From the NCBI GenBank assembly GCA_963726455.1, contig CAVSCK010000004.1:1088001-1152000 (forward strand): a stretch of 64,000 nucleotides of DNA, read 5' to 3'. Shown in pieces: positions 29,929-39,404 of the stretch; positions within the stretch are counted from its first letter, which is position 1, and each line of letters starts with the position of its first letter. The position numbers were made by a program, and so were the translations under genes. The stretch is from an uncultured bacterium. Its GTDB lineage: Bacteria > Zixibacteria > MSB-5A5 > CAIYYT01. Under the pieces are notes generated by a model, which was not told where the DNA came from, did not search any database, and worked only from the letters and a program-made list of their open reading frames with translations.

Positions 29929-30822
29929 ATGCGGTGGATGACAAAGTCGCAACCGACTACTAATCAACTTCCTCATCGAAAGCTGTATCCCCTATTCAGA
30001 CTATTCTTGTCGGCGTTTCTGCTGTGTGCCACTGTGTCCTCATACTCGGCAACAATGTCCCGGCGCGATACGCTGGCGATCAGGTCCGAGTTACTCATTC
30101 CCGACACGATTTTGATCAATCAGCCGTTCGAAATCCGGTTTAGTGTGACGATTCTCGATTCCGTAGTACACCAAAATAACACGGCCGATGAGATTGACCT
30201 GATTTTGCCGCCCGAATGCGAGATCGTGGCCGGAAGCCCGAGCTGGCGAGGTAAACTAGATTGCGGTATCACCGTAACGCTTCAGATAACAGCAAGGGCG
30301 ACACGGCCTTTTCGGGACTCATTTGAAGGATTTGTTTATACCGACTTCGTTCCGGGACACATGAATCTTTACCGCACAGTCAACGCGGTCTTGTCCAAAG
30401 AATACTCCGTATTGGCCCTCCGCGAACCGTCACCGGTTGACCCCGAGAGACCGGGCAGTCAAGAACTGACCACTCGGACCGTTGTTCCGCGGTGCCCATA
30501 TTCCGGCGCAGTTGATTCACTGATCCGGGTCGAACTCGTCAAGGGGAAACTTCTCCCAACCCCGACTTTCAACATCACCCGCAAGGCACAGCACCACCTC
30601 GGCTTCTGGATCAAAAATCCTGCCGATGCCAATATTGTGAAAGCACTGCCGTCGCGATGGGATCTCAGTTGCCCGCTCTATGACATGGCGCTCAATCGCG
30701 ACTCCACAACCGCTCTTTTGGTCGACAAAGAGATCGACACGACGACGGTCTCGGTGGAAATCGACGGTACTCGATACCAGGTGCGACTTCGTGTCACCGA
30801 TCGCTTGCGGTCTGAAGATTAA
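29929..30822 (+). CDS. Hypothetical exported protein
   Basis: 297-aa ORF with a hydrophobic signal-like segment and beta-rich body. No family recognised. Confidence 0.55.
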   Translation: MRWMTKSQPTTNQLPHRKLYPLFRLFLSAFLLCATVSSYSATMSRRDTLAIRSELLIPDTILINQPFEIRFSVTILDSVVHQNNTADEIDLILPPECEIVAGSPSWRGKLDCGITVTLQITARATRPFRDSFEGFVYTDFVPGHMNLYRTVNAVLSKEYSVLALREPSPVDPERPGSQELTTRTVVPRCPYSGAVDSLIRVELVKGKLLPTPTFNITRKAQHHLGFWIKNPADANIVKALPSRWDLSCPLYDMALNRDSTTALLVDKEIDTTTVSVEIDGTRYQVRLRVTDRLRSED

Positions 30823-30829
30823 ATGAGCG

Positions 30830-30866
30830 CCCCACTGCCTTGGCTCTTTGGGTCACGGCAGTGGGG
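30830..30866. terminator. Hairpin between convergent genes (likely terminator)
   Basis: CCCCACTGCC/GGCAGTGGGG 10-bp stem. Confidence 0.55.
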
Positions 30867-30933
30867 TCATTCTTACTTCTTGTAGACTCGAATTTATCCG
30901 AACGCGGAAAGCTATCCCCGGGATCAGTATCCT

Positions 30934-32901
30934 CTACTCACAAAGATCGCACGGCATCGCGCCGCCTTCGAAGATGTAGCTGATCAAGACTACGACATCA
31001 TTTATGTCGACCGTGCCGCTGCAGTTGGCATCTGCCTTCTCAAGTGGCACCGGCGCCGGACCGCCGCTGAAAATGTAGGCGATGAGATAGATGGCATCAG
31101 ATATGTCGACAGACATACTTCCGTCAACATCACCGCAGATGGCTGCAAAGTCAGAGAGTGGTCGCTTCCAAACACCATCCCCGAAGGTCCCCGCATACAG
31201 GTCGTTGCCAATTATCGCCAACGCCCTGACATCGCGACCGCCCAAGCCCCGATTAACGCGCAACCAACCATGCCCACCATTTCGAGTGCAAAAGACTCCG
31301 TTGCCGGTGCCGGCAAAGAGCACATCCGAGCCTGCAGCGAAAGATTTCACATAGGTGCCGACAATTCCGTAGTTGGCGGGATTCCAGCTCGTGCCGCCGT
31401 CGGAAGAGGCATAGACACCCAATGTCAATGTCGCGGCGAACCATTTCTCGCCACTGAAGGCGAGAGCTTCGATGTTGGGTTGCGGCAGTCCGGCATTTGC
31501 GGACGACCAGGTGGCGCCCTGGTTTGTCGTTACGAAGACTCCTCGGTCCGCCGTCCCTGCGAGAGCGCGTTGATCGTTGGCAACAAGAGCGTTTATGTAC
31601 GGACTAGTCAATCCTGCATTGACCGGTGTCCAGTTTACTCCGTCATCATTCGACCGATAGACGCCAAGTGAACCTGTTCCAGCCAAAATCTGACCTATCC
31701 GGCCGGCAAAGCACTTAACATCCGCATGTGTCAGTCCACTATTGACCAAATTCCAGCTGTCACCGTTGTCGGTTGAGCGGAAAGCGCCATAGCTGCCCAG
31801 GGTACCTGCAAGCATGCTGCCGCCGGTCTTTGAGAGTGCGGAAATTATGTAGCCGGACATCCCGGCATTTATTCCTAGCCAGTTCTCACCGGCATCCATT
31901 GAGCGAAATACGCCACTCAATCTTGAGCCCACGAAGATACTGGAATCATTTGCAGCAAGTGACATCACCGAATGTGCAGTCAGTCCATTGCTGGCGGCTG
32001 CCCACGTAGCGCCCCTATCTTTCGAAACAAAAGCGCCTCCACCCCCGGCTCCGATTATCACGAGCGAATCGCTTGCCATCACCGACCGCGCTCTCCGGTC
32101 TGTCAGGCCTGCGTCTATCCTTATCCAGCTTGCGCCGTAGTCCTCGGAACGGAAGACACCATCCGACAACGCTGCAAAGACATCATTTCCACCGGTCGCT
32201 AGTCCCTGAACAATCGGAAGACCGCCAAAACCGTTATTTGCAGGTAGCCAGGTGCTACCGCTGTCGGTTGATACAAAGATACCCGATGCGGTTCCCAGAA
32301 TGATCCTATTCCCGACAGGCAAAATGGCACGAACCGAGCTCGAATTGCCGGCAGGGAGCCAGCTAGTGCCCAAGTCGGTTGATCGGAAGACACCGCCGTT
32401 TGTCCCAGCGTAGAGATATGGGCCGAGAGCCGCCAATGCCTGTACGATTACTCCCAAGTACCCACCGGCCGTCCAGTTTGTCCCGTGATTGGTTGAAACG
32501 TAGACTCTCGATTGAGCGCCCGCCACAAAGGCATCGCCAATTACCGTGAACGAAAATACTTGATATCCCGGCAGCCCCGCACTGGCCCAGGTGGAGCCGT
32601 TATCCAGCGACACGAATGTTCCGGATGATGTCCCGGCAAATAGACGGGTTCCTTCATTGCCAATTGCCGAAACGTCGGTACCGGGCGATATGCCCGCTAC
32701 CCGTGCCCAACTTGTGCCTCCGTCGGTTGAAAGGAATGCTCCTCCGTCCATTGTTCCAGCAACTAGATTGCCACTGCTTAAGGCAAGCGCGTTAACACTC
32801 CCCCCTTCCAATTTGACCCGCACCCATTGCGCTTGCAGCGTGCTCGCAATCGCTACCAGAATTGCCAGAGTCATGAGCAACGAAACGACTATTCTTTTCA
32901 T
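30934..32901 (-). CDS. Secreted BNR/Asp-box beta-propeller protein with C-terminal dockerin-like domain
   Basis: Signal peptide, more than 10 S.D.G.(S/T/N)W Asp-boxes, and C-terminal CGDVDGSMSVDISDAIYLIAYIFSGGPAP..ADANCSGTVDINDVVVLISYIFEGG. GGGAGAGG RBS before ATG 32901. Confidence 0.85.
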   Translation of the reverse strand: MKRIVVSLLMTLAILVAIASTLQAQWVRVKLEGGSVNALALSSGNLVAGTMDGGAFLSTDGGTSWARVAGISPGTDVSAIGNEGTRLFAGTSSGTFVSLDNGSTWASAGLPGYQVFSFTVIGDAFVAGAQSRVYVSTNHGTNWTAGGYLGVIVQALAALGPYLYAGTNGGVFRSTDLGTSWLPAGNSSSVRAILPVGNRIILGTASGIFVSTDSGSTWLPANNGFGGLPIVQGLATGGNDVFAALSDGVFRSEDYGASWIRIDAGLTDRRARSVMASDSLVIIGAGGGGAFVSKDRGATWAAASNGLTAHSVMSLAANDSSIFVGSRLSGVFRSMDAGENWLGINAGMSGYIISALSKTGGSMLAGTLGSYGAFRSTDNGDSWNLVNSGLTHADVKCFAGRIGQILAGTGSLGVYRSNDDGVNWTPVNAGLTSPYINALVANDQRALAGTADRGVFVTTNQGATWSSANAGLPQPNIEALAFSGEKWFAATLTLGVYASSDGGTSWNPANYGIVGTYVKSFAAGSDVLFAGTGNGVFCTRNGGHGWLRVNRGLGGRDVRALAIIGNDLYAGTFGDGVWKRPLSDFAAICGDVDGSMSVDISDAIYLIAYIFSGGPAPVPLEKADANCSGTVDINDVVVLISYIFEGGAMPCDLCE

Positions 32902-33253
32902 CCTATCCTCTCCCTTATTATTCCGATTGACGATTCTGATCTCTCTAATCGAAGCTAGCAATCTCTGCAACCTGCTCCTTTCCAATAGCTATCAACCCGG
33001 CCAAAGACCGAGTATCACAGTAATCGAATCGCTAATTTCGCGTTAACGACTTAGCACGTGAGCAAAGGACAGTCTTGAGACTCCGTCGTTCCAAGAAACG
33101 TAAATGAAGTTCGTACTTTGAGATTATAGGATAATAAACTTTCCACTCGATGTCAAGGTCAAATCGCGCTTAAGTTGGAATTCACCACGCGGGCCGACAA
33201 TTCAAAAAAAACCTTGCGCCCCGCCAGAATACACGTAATACTTGCAGCACATA

Positions 33254-33336
33254 TGCCGTTGGGAGTGGCGACGGAAGTCGCCTGAGAACATACCCCCATC
33301 ACCTGATCCGGATAATGCTGGCGTAGGAAAACGGCA
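33254..33336 (+). ncRNA. TPP riboswitch (THI element)
   Basis: P1 TGCCGTT/AACGGCA, GGGAGTG..CTGAGA..ATACCC..ACCTGATCCGGATAATGCTGGCGTAGGAA matches the consensus. Confidence 0.95.
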
Positions 33337-33361
33337 AGACAGTTGCTTCATGAGTTCATGA

Positions 33362-33396
33362 GCCGCCTGCATTCAAGATTGGGCGGCATTTTTGTT
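33362..33396 (+). terminator. Intrinsic terminator forming the TPP riboswitch expression platform
   Basis: GCCGCCT/GGGCGGC stem followed by ATTTTTGTT, between the aptamer and the start codon. Confidence 0.75.
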
Positions 33397-33421
33397 GCCG
33401 ATTTGAGGCAGGAAGGACTCT

Positions 33422-35938
33422 ATGAAACAACTATTCATCTATATCATCGCCCTGATGTCTATGCAGGCATCCTCTCTATGGGCGACACCAAACATTTCGG
33501 GCCTGATCAAAGACACTAACGGAAGACCCATCGCCGGTGTCAATATCACGATCGACGGTGCCTCATCGGGCGTGACAAGTGATTCTGCTGGAACCTTCTC
33601 GCTCGATCTCAATCTGGCAACCGCTCACTTTGTTACATTCACGCACGTCGCTTACCAGCCGGTGATGGTTAAAGTATCAACGGGAGCTCCGCTGTTCATT
33701 GCCATGTCACCGGCTGTCTATCCGATTCAGGGCATTACCGTCACTGCCGACCGCGCCGCGCTTGGCAAGACGCCGGTGGCTTTTACCGACTTCACATCTT
33801 CCGACATCGGGCGCGATTACCAGATCGGCGAATTTCCACTGCTGCTCGAAATGACACCCAACGTCTACGCTTATTCCGACGCCGGCGGAGGATTGGGATA
33901 CAGCTATCTCAAGATTCGCGGTTTCGATGACAAGCGCGTCTCAGTCTACATCAATGGCGTCCCACTCAATGATCCCGAGGACCAGGCGACCTACTTTGTG
34001 GATATTCCCGACTTCGCTTCTGACGTCAAAGACATTCAAATTCAACGCGGCATCGGCAAGTCGCTCTATGGCGATGCTTCATTTGGCGGTGCTGTCAACA
34101 TAGTCTCCGGCGGTCTGGATCAATCGCGCCGCATCGCGCTTACCAGCGACTACGGCGGCTTCCGGCACGACGGCGCGTTTGTCGGCACGATTCAGAAGCA
34201 GTCTTTCGACTATCGTTCGGGGTTGATCGACGGCAAATGGAATCTGTCGGCACGCTATTCGCGCCAGTTGTCAGACGGCTATCGCGAAAAATCATGGTAC
34301 GATGGCTGGGCGTATTATCTGTCAATGTCGCGCCTTGACCCGAAGGTCATCACGACCATCAATCTATATGGTGGACCGATGCGGATGCACCTGGCATATT
34401 ACGGCATATCTCGCGACGTTGAGAATCAGGATCGCCGTTACAACCCGCTGACCTACGACAACGAGACCGACAATTTCAACCAACCACATTACGAACTGCA
34501 CAACGACGTTAAGCTGTCCGACAAGGCGACGTTACACAGCACCCTTTATCACATTCACGGCAACGGCTATTACGAGCAGTACGAAAATCATCTTCCGTTT
34601 TCGCAGTACAACATTCCGCCGGAATACGTCACTAATCCGGCGGGCGACACCATCGACGTGATCACCCATGGTGATATGGTGCAGCAACAGTGGGTCAACA
34701 AGAATCAATACGGCTGGAGCCCGAGTCTCGAAGTCAATCGCGGCAAGGGCACGACACAATTGGGAGGGTCGGCCTATTACTTCCAGTCAGATCATTGGGG
34801 ACAAATTGTCTGGGCACAGGGACTAACCCAGTCCATCGATCCGCGCCACCGCTATTACGAGTACTTCGGCAAGAAGTACTTCGCCTCCGTGTACGCGGCG
34901 CAGGATTACCGTATCAGCGACCGCCTCAATCTCATGGCAAACTTGCAGTTTCGCCACCAGACCTATGATTTCAGCCAGACAAAGATGGGCGCGTTTCCCG
35001 GCTACAGCTACAGCGTCAATTGGGATTTCCTTTCGCCGCGTATCGGTCTGACATATACGATCAACGACAAGTTAAGCGCGCTATTCAACTATTCGCTGTC
35101 ACAACGCGCGCCCGCCGATTACGAAATCTACGATGCCGGCAATCCGGAGGCGGTACCATCTTTACTGATAAGATCAATCACGCATATCTCGCCAACTGAT
35201 TCAACGATTGTTTTCGGCGATCCGACTGCGAAGGCCGAGAAGGTTCACGATTTCGAATTGGGAATGAATTATCACGATCACCGGCAGGCGTTCGGCCTGA
35301 ACCTGTACTGGATGGAATTCCGCAATGAGATTATTCAGAACGGTGGTATCAATCCCAATCTCGGTTTGCCGATTACGACCAATGCCGACCGCTCGGTGCA
35401 TGCAGGTATCGAGCTTTCGTCGTCCGTTGAAATCCCAGGTAATCTGCGCCTTTCCGGCAACTTTTCGTATTCATACAATCGCATCAGAAGCTTCTCAATT
35501 GAAGAACCGGTCTACGACAACGCGCAAGACGGCAATTTCATCGGCTATCAGAGATTCAGTTACGACAACAAAACGATTTCCGGATTTCCGAATTACATCG
35601 GCAACCTGATCGCCGAGTATACCGGCGAGCGCTTCCACTTGACGTTGCGGGAAAGACTTGTCGGCAGAATGTTCGTCGAGAATATCAATCGACCCGATTT
35701 GTCGATCAGCCCATTCTTTGTTTCCTCGGCGTCGGCTTCGGTGTCACTAGCAAAATTCCTGAATGTCGGCAACGTGCTGTTCGGCGTTCGTGTCGACAAT
35801 CTTTTCAACAAGAAATATGAGGCCTCCGGCTACGGCGGTGTGACGCGCTATCGCAACGAACCTGACCAATACTGGGCTGAGTATTTTCCGGCCGCAGAGA
35901 GGACTTTCTACGCGACACTGAAACTCGAGTTGCAGTAG
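33422..35938 (+). CDS. TonB-dependent receptor, probable thiamine/precursor uptake
   Basis: Signal peptide, CarboxypepD-like N-domain, plug (IRGF..R..VYINGVPLND; GAVNI) and C-terminal VDNLFNKKY..RTFYATLKLEL. Under TPP riboswitch control. Confidence 0.9.
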   Translation: MKQLFIYIIALMSMQASSLWATPNISGLIKDTNGRPIAGVNITIDGASSGVTSDSAGTFSLDLNLATAHFVTFTHVAYQPVMVKVSTGAPLFIAMSPAVYPIQGITVTADRAALGKTPVAFTDFTSSDIGRDYQIGEFPLLLEMTPNVYAYSDAGGGLGYSYLKIRGFDDKRVSVYINGVPLNDPEDQATYFVDIPDFASDVKDIQIQRGIGKSLYGDASFGGAVNIVSGGLDQSRRIALTSDYGGFRHDGAFVGTIQKQSFDYRSGLIDGKWNLSARYSRQLSDGYREKSWYDGWAYYLSMSRLDPKVITTINLYGGPMRMHLAYYGISRDVENQDRRYNPLTYDNETDNFNQPHYELHNDVKLSDKATLHSTLYHIHGNGYYEQYENHLPFSQYNIPPEYVTNPAGDTIDVITHGDMVQQQWVNKNQYGWSPSLEVNRGKGTTQLGGSAYYFQSDHWGQIVWAQGLTQSIDPRHRYYEYFGKKYFASVYAAQDYRISDRLNLMANLQFRHQTYDFSQTKMGAFPGYSYSVNWDFLSPRIGLTYTINDKLSALFNYSLSQRAPADYEIYDAGNPEAVPSLLIRSITHISPTDSTIVFGDPTAKAEKVHDFELGMNYHDHRQAFGLNLYWMEFRNEIIQNGGINPNLGLPITTNADRSVHAGIELSSSVEIPGNLRLSGNFSYSYNRIRSFSIEEPVYDNAQDGNFIGYQRFSYDNKTISGFPNYIGNLIAEYTGERFHLTLRERLVGRMFVENINRPDLSISPFFVSSASASVSLAKFLNVGNVLFGVRVDNLFNKKYEASGYGGVTRYRNEPDQYWAEYFPAAERTFYATLKLELQ

Positions 35939-35941
35939 ATC

Positions 35942-37330
35942 ATGTCGGCAATCGATTTCGGCATCATCGGCGCGTACCTCATCGGCTTGGTCATCTTCGG
36001 GCGCAGCCGCAAGAATCTCAGCGCCGGGTCGACAGCCGACTACATAATTGACGGACGCCGCGTCACCCTTCCCGCCTTTGTCGCCACGCTCGTGGCCAGC
36101 TTTTACGGTGGCATACTCGGTATCGGCGAATACACTTTCCGTTACGGCGTTTCCAACTGGCTGGTGCAGGGTGTGCCCTACTACGTCGCCGCATTTCTCT
36201 TCGCAATTCTGCTGGCATCCAAAGCACGTCGCTCCAAATTCATCACTATTCCCGACCGGCTCCACAAGTTCTATGGCAGGCATGTTTCCGGCGTCGGCGC
36301 TGTGGTGTTATTCTTCTGGGCGCTGCCTTCCGCGTACATCCTGATTCTCGGCGTACTTGCCGAGTCGCTGTTTGGCTGTCCTAAAATTGTCGGCATCGTG
36401 GCGAGTACCGTGATCGTTCTGATCTATGCCTACTACGGCGGTTTTCGCTCGATGGTGCGTTCCGACATCTGGCATTTTGTCATGATGTATATCGGCTTCA
36501 TCATCACGCTCACTGCTCTGGTGTTGAAATATGGCGGATTCGAGTTTATCAGGACCCACGTCCCGGCAACGCACCTTACCTGGAACGGCGGCGCGTCCAC
36601 GTGGTACATTATTGTCTGGTATATCATCGCGCTGGCAACTTTGGTTGACACCACCTTTTTCCAAAACACTTATGCTGCCAAGAGTGAATCAGTTGCGCGG
36701 CGCGGCGTTTTGTTATCCATACCTCTCTGGTGCTTCTTCGATTTCCTGACCACGTCTTGCGGCCTCTATGCTCGCGCGCTGTTGCCCGCAAACATCGATC
36801 CGGTGTCGTCATTCCCGTTGTTGGGCGCCACAGTCTTGCCTGTCGGCCTCTATGGCATCTTCGCCGTGGGCATGATCGCCACAGTGCTTTCCAGCGCCGA
36901 CTCGTATTTGTTCATCGCGGCTTCAACTATTGGCAAGGACGTTCTCTGCGGCTGGTTGCGTCGCCCTGAAGAGAAGGCGAATTTCTACACTAAGATGGCG
37001 CTAATTTTTGGCTCCATCCTGACAATCATCATCGCCATGTATTTCCAATCCGTAATCACAATATGGTACAGCTTCGGCTCGATTGGCACGCCGATCCTCC
37101 TGATACCGATGCTCGCAACATTTCTTGGCTCACGGCGAATGCGGCCGACAACGGTAATGGTTTCCATGCTGGTCTCCGGAATCTTATCTGCAGTCTGGCT
37201 GTGGTCAAGCACTCTGTCGGCCGACGGAAGCTATTGGCTGGGAATCGAACCGATCTTCCCGGGGCTGGCAGTCTCGTTGCTCAGCTACTTCGTAGTCCCG
37301 GCGGCCGGGCCGGAACATACAACAACTTGA
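35942..37330 (+). CDS. Sodium:solute symporter (SSS) family, probable thiamine/precursor transporter
   Basis: DYIIDGR, ITIPDRL..FYG, YAYYGGFRS..SD, YAAKSE and LSSADSYL motifs. 3 nt downstream of the receptor gene. Confidence 0.88.
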   Translation: MSAIDFGIIGAYLIGLVIFGRSRKNLSAGSTADYIIDGRRVTLPAFVATLVASFYGGILGIGEYTFRYGVSNWLVQGVPYYVAAFLFAILLASKARRSKFITIPDRLHKFYGRHVSGVGAVVLFFWALPSAYILILGVLAESLFGCPKIVGIVASTVIVLIYAYYGGFRSMVRSDIWHFVMMYIGFIITLTALVLKYGGFEFIRTHVPATHLTWNGGASTWYIIVWYIIALATLVDTTFFQNTYAAKSESVARRGVLLSIPLWCFFDFLTTSCGLYARALLPANIDPVSSFPLLGATVLPVGLYGIFAVGMIATVLSSADSYLFIAASTIGKDVLCGWLRRPEEKANFYTKMALIFGSILTIIIAMYFQSVITIWYSFGSIGTPILLIPMLATFLGSRRMRPTTVMVSMLVSGILSAVWLWSSTLSADGSYWLGIEPIFPGLAVSLLSYFVVPAAGPEHTTT

Positions 37331-37355
37331 CAACCTGCATTGCATCGTAGATACT
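37327..37355 (+). promoter_or_regulatory. Sigma70-type promoter
   Basis: TTGACA-N17-GATACT. Confidence 0.6.
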
Positions 37356-37386
37356 CAAGCAAACTGAGCAGCGAGGTGAAGCCGGC

Positions 37387-39378
37387 CTGAAACCAAGATT
37401 CCGTTACATATCAAACGTTGCCACCTACTATTTAGGTGTCGCCCTGACTCTGACTTTGTTTTTCGAGTTATGGCGACTGCTGACATTGCTGCAATTGCGC
37501 GAGCGCGCCGCCAATGTACCGGCAGACGTTATCGCGCAGAGTTTTCTGGTCGGACTGCGGTTTGACTTTTCGATCGCCTGCTACATCACCGCACCGCTTC
37601 TACTTCTCGGAATCCTGCCGGGCATCGACGTCAGTCGTGTTCGAATCGTCAGATGGTTCAACAACCTCCTGTTGTTCGTCATAGCAATTGTAGCGTTCTA
37701 TATCTGCGAATCCGACATCGAATTCTTCAAGTTCTTCAACACGCGGCTCAACAGCATGGCACTCGAATGGAACGACACACCCGGTTTCGTAGTGACAATG
37801 CTTTGGGAGAGCTTCCCCGTCGTGCGCTACCTGCTGTTGCTGACAGTCATCGGCATCGTCTTCATTTGGCTGATCTTGCGAATGCAGCGAACACTGTTGG
37901 TCAAGCGTAAACCATCGCGCTCGTGGCTAAACCTTGCTTATCTGCCGGTCATTGCCGCAATCCTGGTGATGGGTGCTCGCGGACGACTGGAAGAAAAAGC
38001 GCCTCTCACCTGGGGCGAGGCCTATTTCTCCGAACACGGCTTCGCGAATTTACTGGCACTCAATCCTGTGTTCACGTTCGCCCGTGATGCTTTCTACGAT
38101 GCCCGCAGCAAGGAACAGGTCGCCAAAACCATGCAAAGCATTGTCCGACCCGAAGCTGCCAGAGTAACCAGGCAGATGCTTGGCGCTCCCCCTGACGACA
38201 GTCTGTTGGACCGTCGACTTGCTCGACAAGTGACCTTCGACAATGAGAATGTCGATCCGCCGAATGTTATCGTCATAATCATGGAATCATTCGGCGCACG
38301 TGGCATCGGCTGCCTCAAGCCATCATTCAAATATGATCTCTCACCCCGCTTCGATTCGCTTGCCCGTGAGGGATTGTTGTTCACCAACATCTATTCCGCC
38401 GGAATCCATACTTACGCCGGGCTGATGGCGACTCTTTACGGTTATCCCGAGTTGCCCGGTTTCTCTATTATGAAGCTGTTCACAAGCGACAATAGTTTCT
38501 GGGGATTGCCGTCGATCCTTCGGGAACATGATTACCAAACGTTATTCTTCTGTACCCACGATCCGCAATTCGACAATATGCAGGGATTCCTGATGTCCAA
38601 CGGTATGACGCGGGTCTACTCGCTCTTCGATTATCCTCGCGACGAGAAATTGAGCACGCTGGGGGTACCCGATCATGACATGTTCGATCACGGCATCGAA
38701 CTCATCAAGAGGAACCATGCCGGCAAGCGTTTTTTCGCCACGTTCCTAACCGCCTCCAATCACGGCCCCTGGCTGATACCTGACGTGCCGTTTGAGCACA
38801 TTCCCTCATCCGACAAGTTGTCGCAGCCATTGAACGCTTTCAAGTATTCCGATTGGGCGCTGGGGCATTTCATTCGCGCCATTCAATCTGATCCGTTCTT
38901 CGCGCATACGGTAATCGTCATCACCGGCGACAACGGCACCCTGGTTGATCCAATCTACGATCTCGACCTGTCACAGTATGAGATTCCCATCCTCATTCTT
39001 GACACCGATCATAACCTCCCGGCACGGCAACGAGTCAATCGCCTCGGTTCGCAGGTGGACATTTTATCAACATTGATGGGACTGCTGCGCCTCAACTATG
39101 ACAATCAGTCATTCGGCGTCGACCTGCTCGATACAACCGGTGCGCAATCAGGTCAACCCGATTTCGCTCTGCTGTCGGAGGGATACAATGTCGGCTATCT
39201 TGAAGATGGATACTACTTGATTTCGCGCGTTGGCAGCACCAAGTCTTTATACAATCTCTCAAATCCAACGGCGAACGTCGCCGATTCATTGCCCGTCATA
39301 GCAGACAAGTTTAACGACAGAGCGCTGTCAGTTTTTCAGACTGCGTACTTCAATCTGAAGAAGCCAATGTCGAGATAG
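37387..39378 (+). CDS. LTA synthase family / sulfatase-like membrane protein
   Basis: GLRFD, PPNVIVIIMESF, TASNHGP, YSDWALG, ITGD and GSQVDI motifs. Probable CTG start at 37387; the first canonical start is 37456. Confidence 0.85.
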   Translation: MKPRFRYISNVATYYLGVALTLTLFFELWRLLTLLQLRERAANVPADVIAQSFLVGLRFDFSIACYITAPLLLLGILPGIDVSRVRIVRWFNNLLLFVIAIVAFYICESDIEFFKFFNTRLNSMALEWNDTPGFVVTMLWESFPVVRYLLLLTVIGIVFIWLILRMQRTLLVKRKPSRSWLNLAYLPVIAAILVMGARGRLEEKAPLTWGEAYFSEHGFANLLALNPVFTFARDAFYDARSKEQVAKTMQSIVRPEAARVTRQMLGAPPDDSLLDRRLARQVTFDNENVDPPNVIVIIMESFGARGIGCLKPSFKYDLSPRFDSLAREGLLFTNIYSAGIHTYAGLMATLYGYPELPGFSIMKLFTSDNSFWGLPSILREHDYQTLFFCTHDPQFDNMQGFLMSNGMTRVYSLFDYPRDEKLSTLGVPDHDMFDHGIELIKRNHAGKRFFATFLTASNHGPWLIPDVPFEHIPSSDKLSQPLNAFKYSDWALGHFIRAIQSDPFFAHTVIVITGDNGTLVDPIYDLDLSQYEIPILILDTDHNLPARQRVNRLGSQVDILSTLMGLLRLNYDNQSFGVDLLDTTGAQSGQPDFALLSEGYNVGYLEDGYYLISRVGSTKSLYNLSNPTANVADSLPVIADKFNDRALSVFQTAYFNLKKPMSR

Positions 39379-39404
39379 CGAGTCCGCGCGTAGCGCAGAA
39401 CACT

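Noticed and set aside
31150-32750. Periodic sequence similarity suggesting a DNA repeat array or CRISPR
   Set aside because: The periodicity is at protein level (Asp-box repeats) with divergent codons. No identical repeat-spacer array occurs anywhere in the window.
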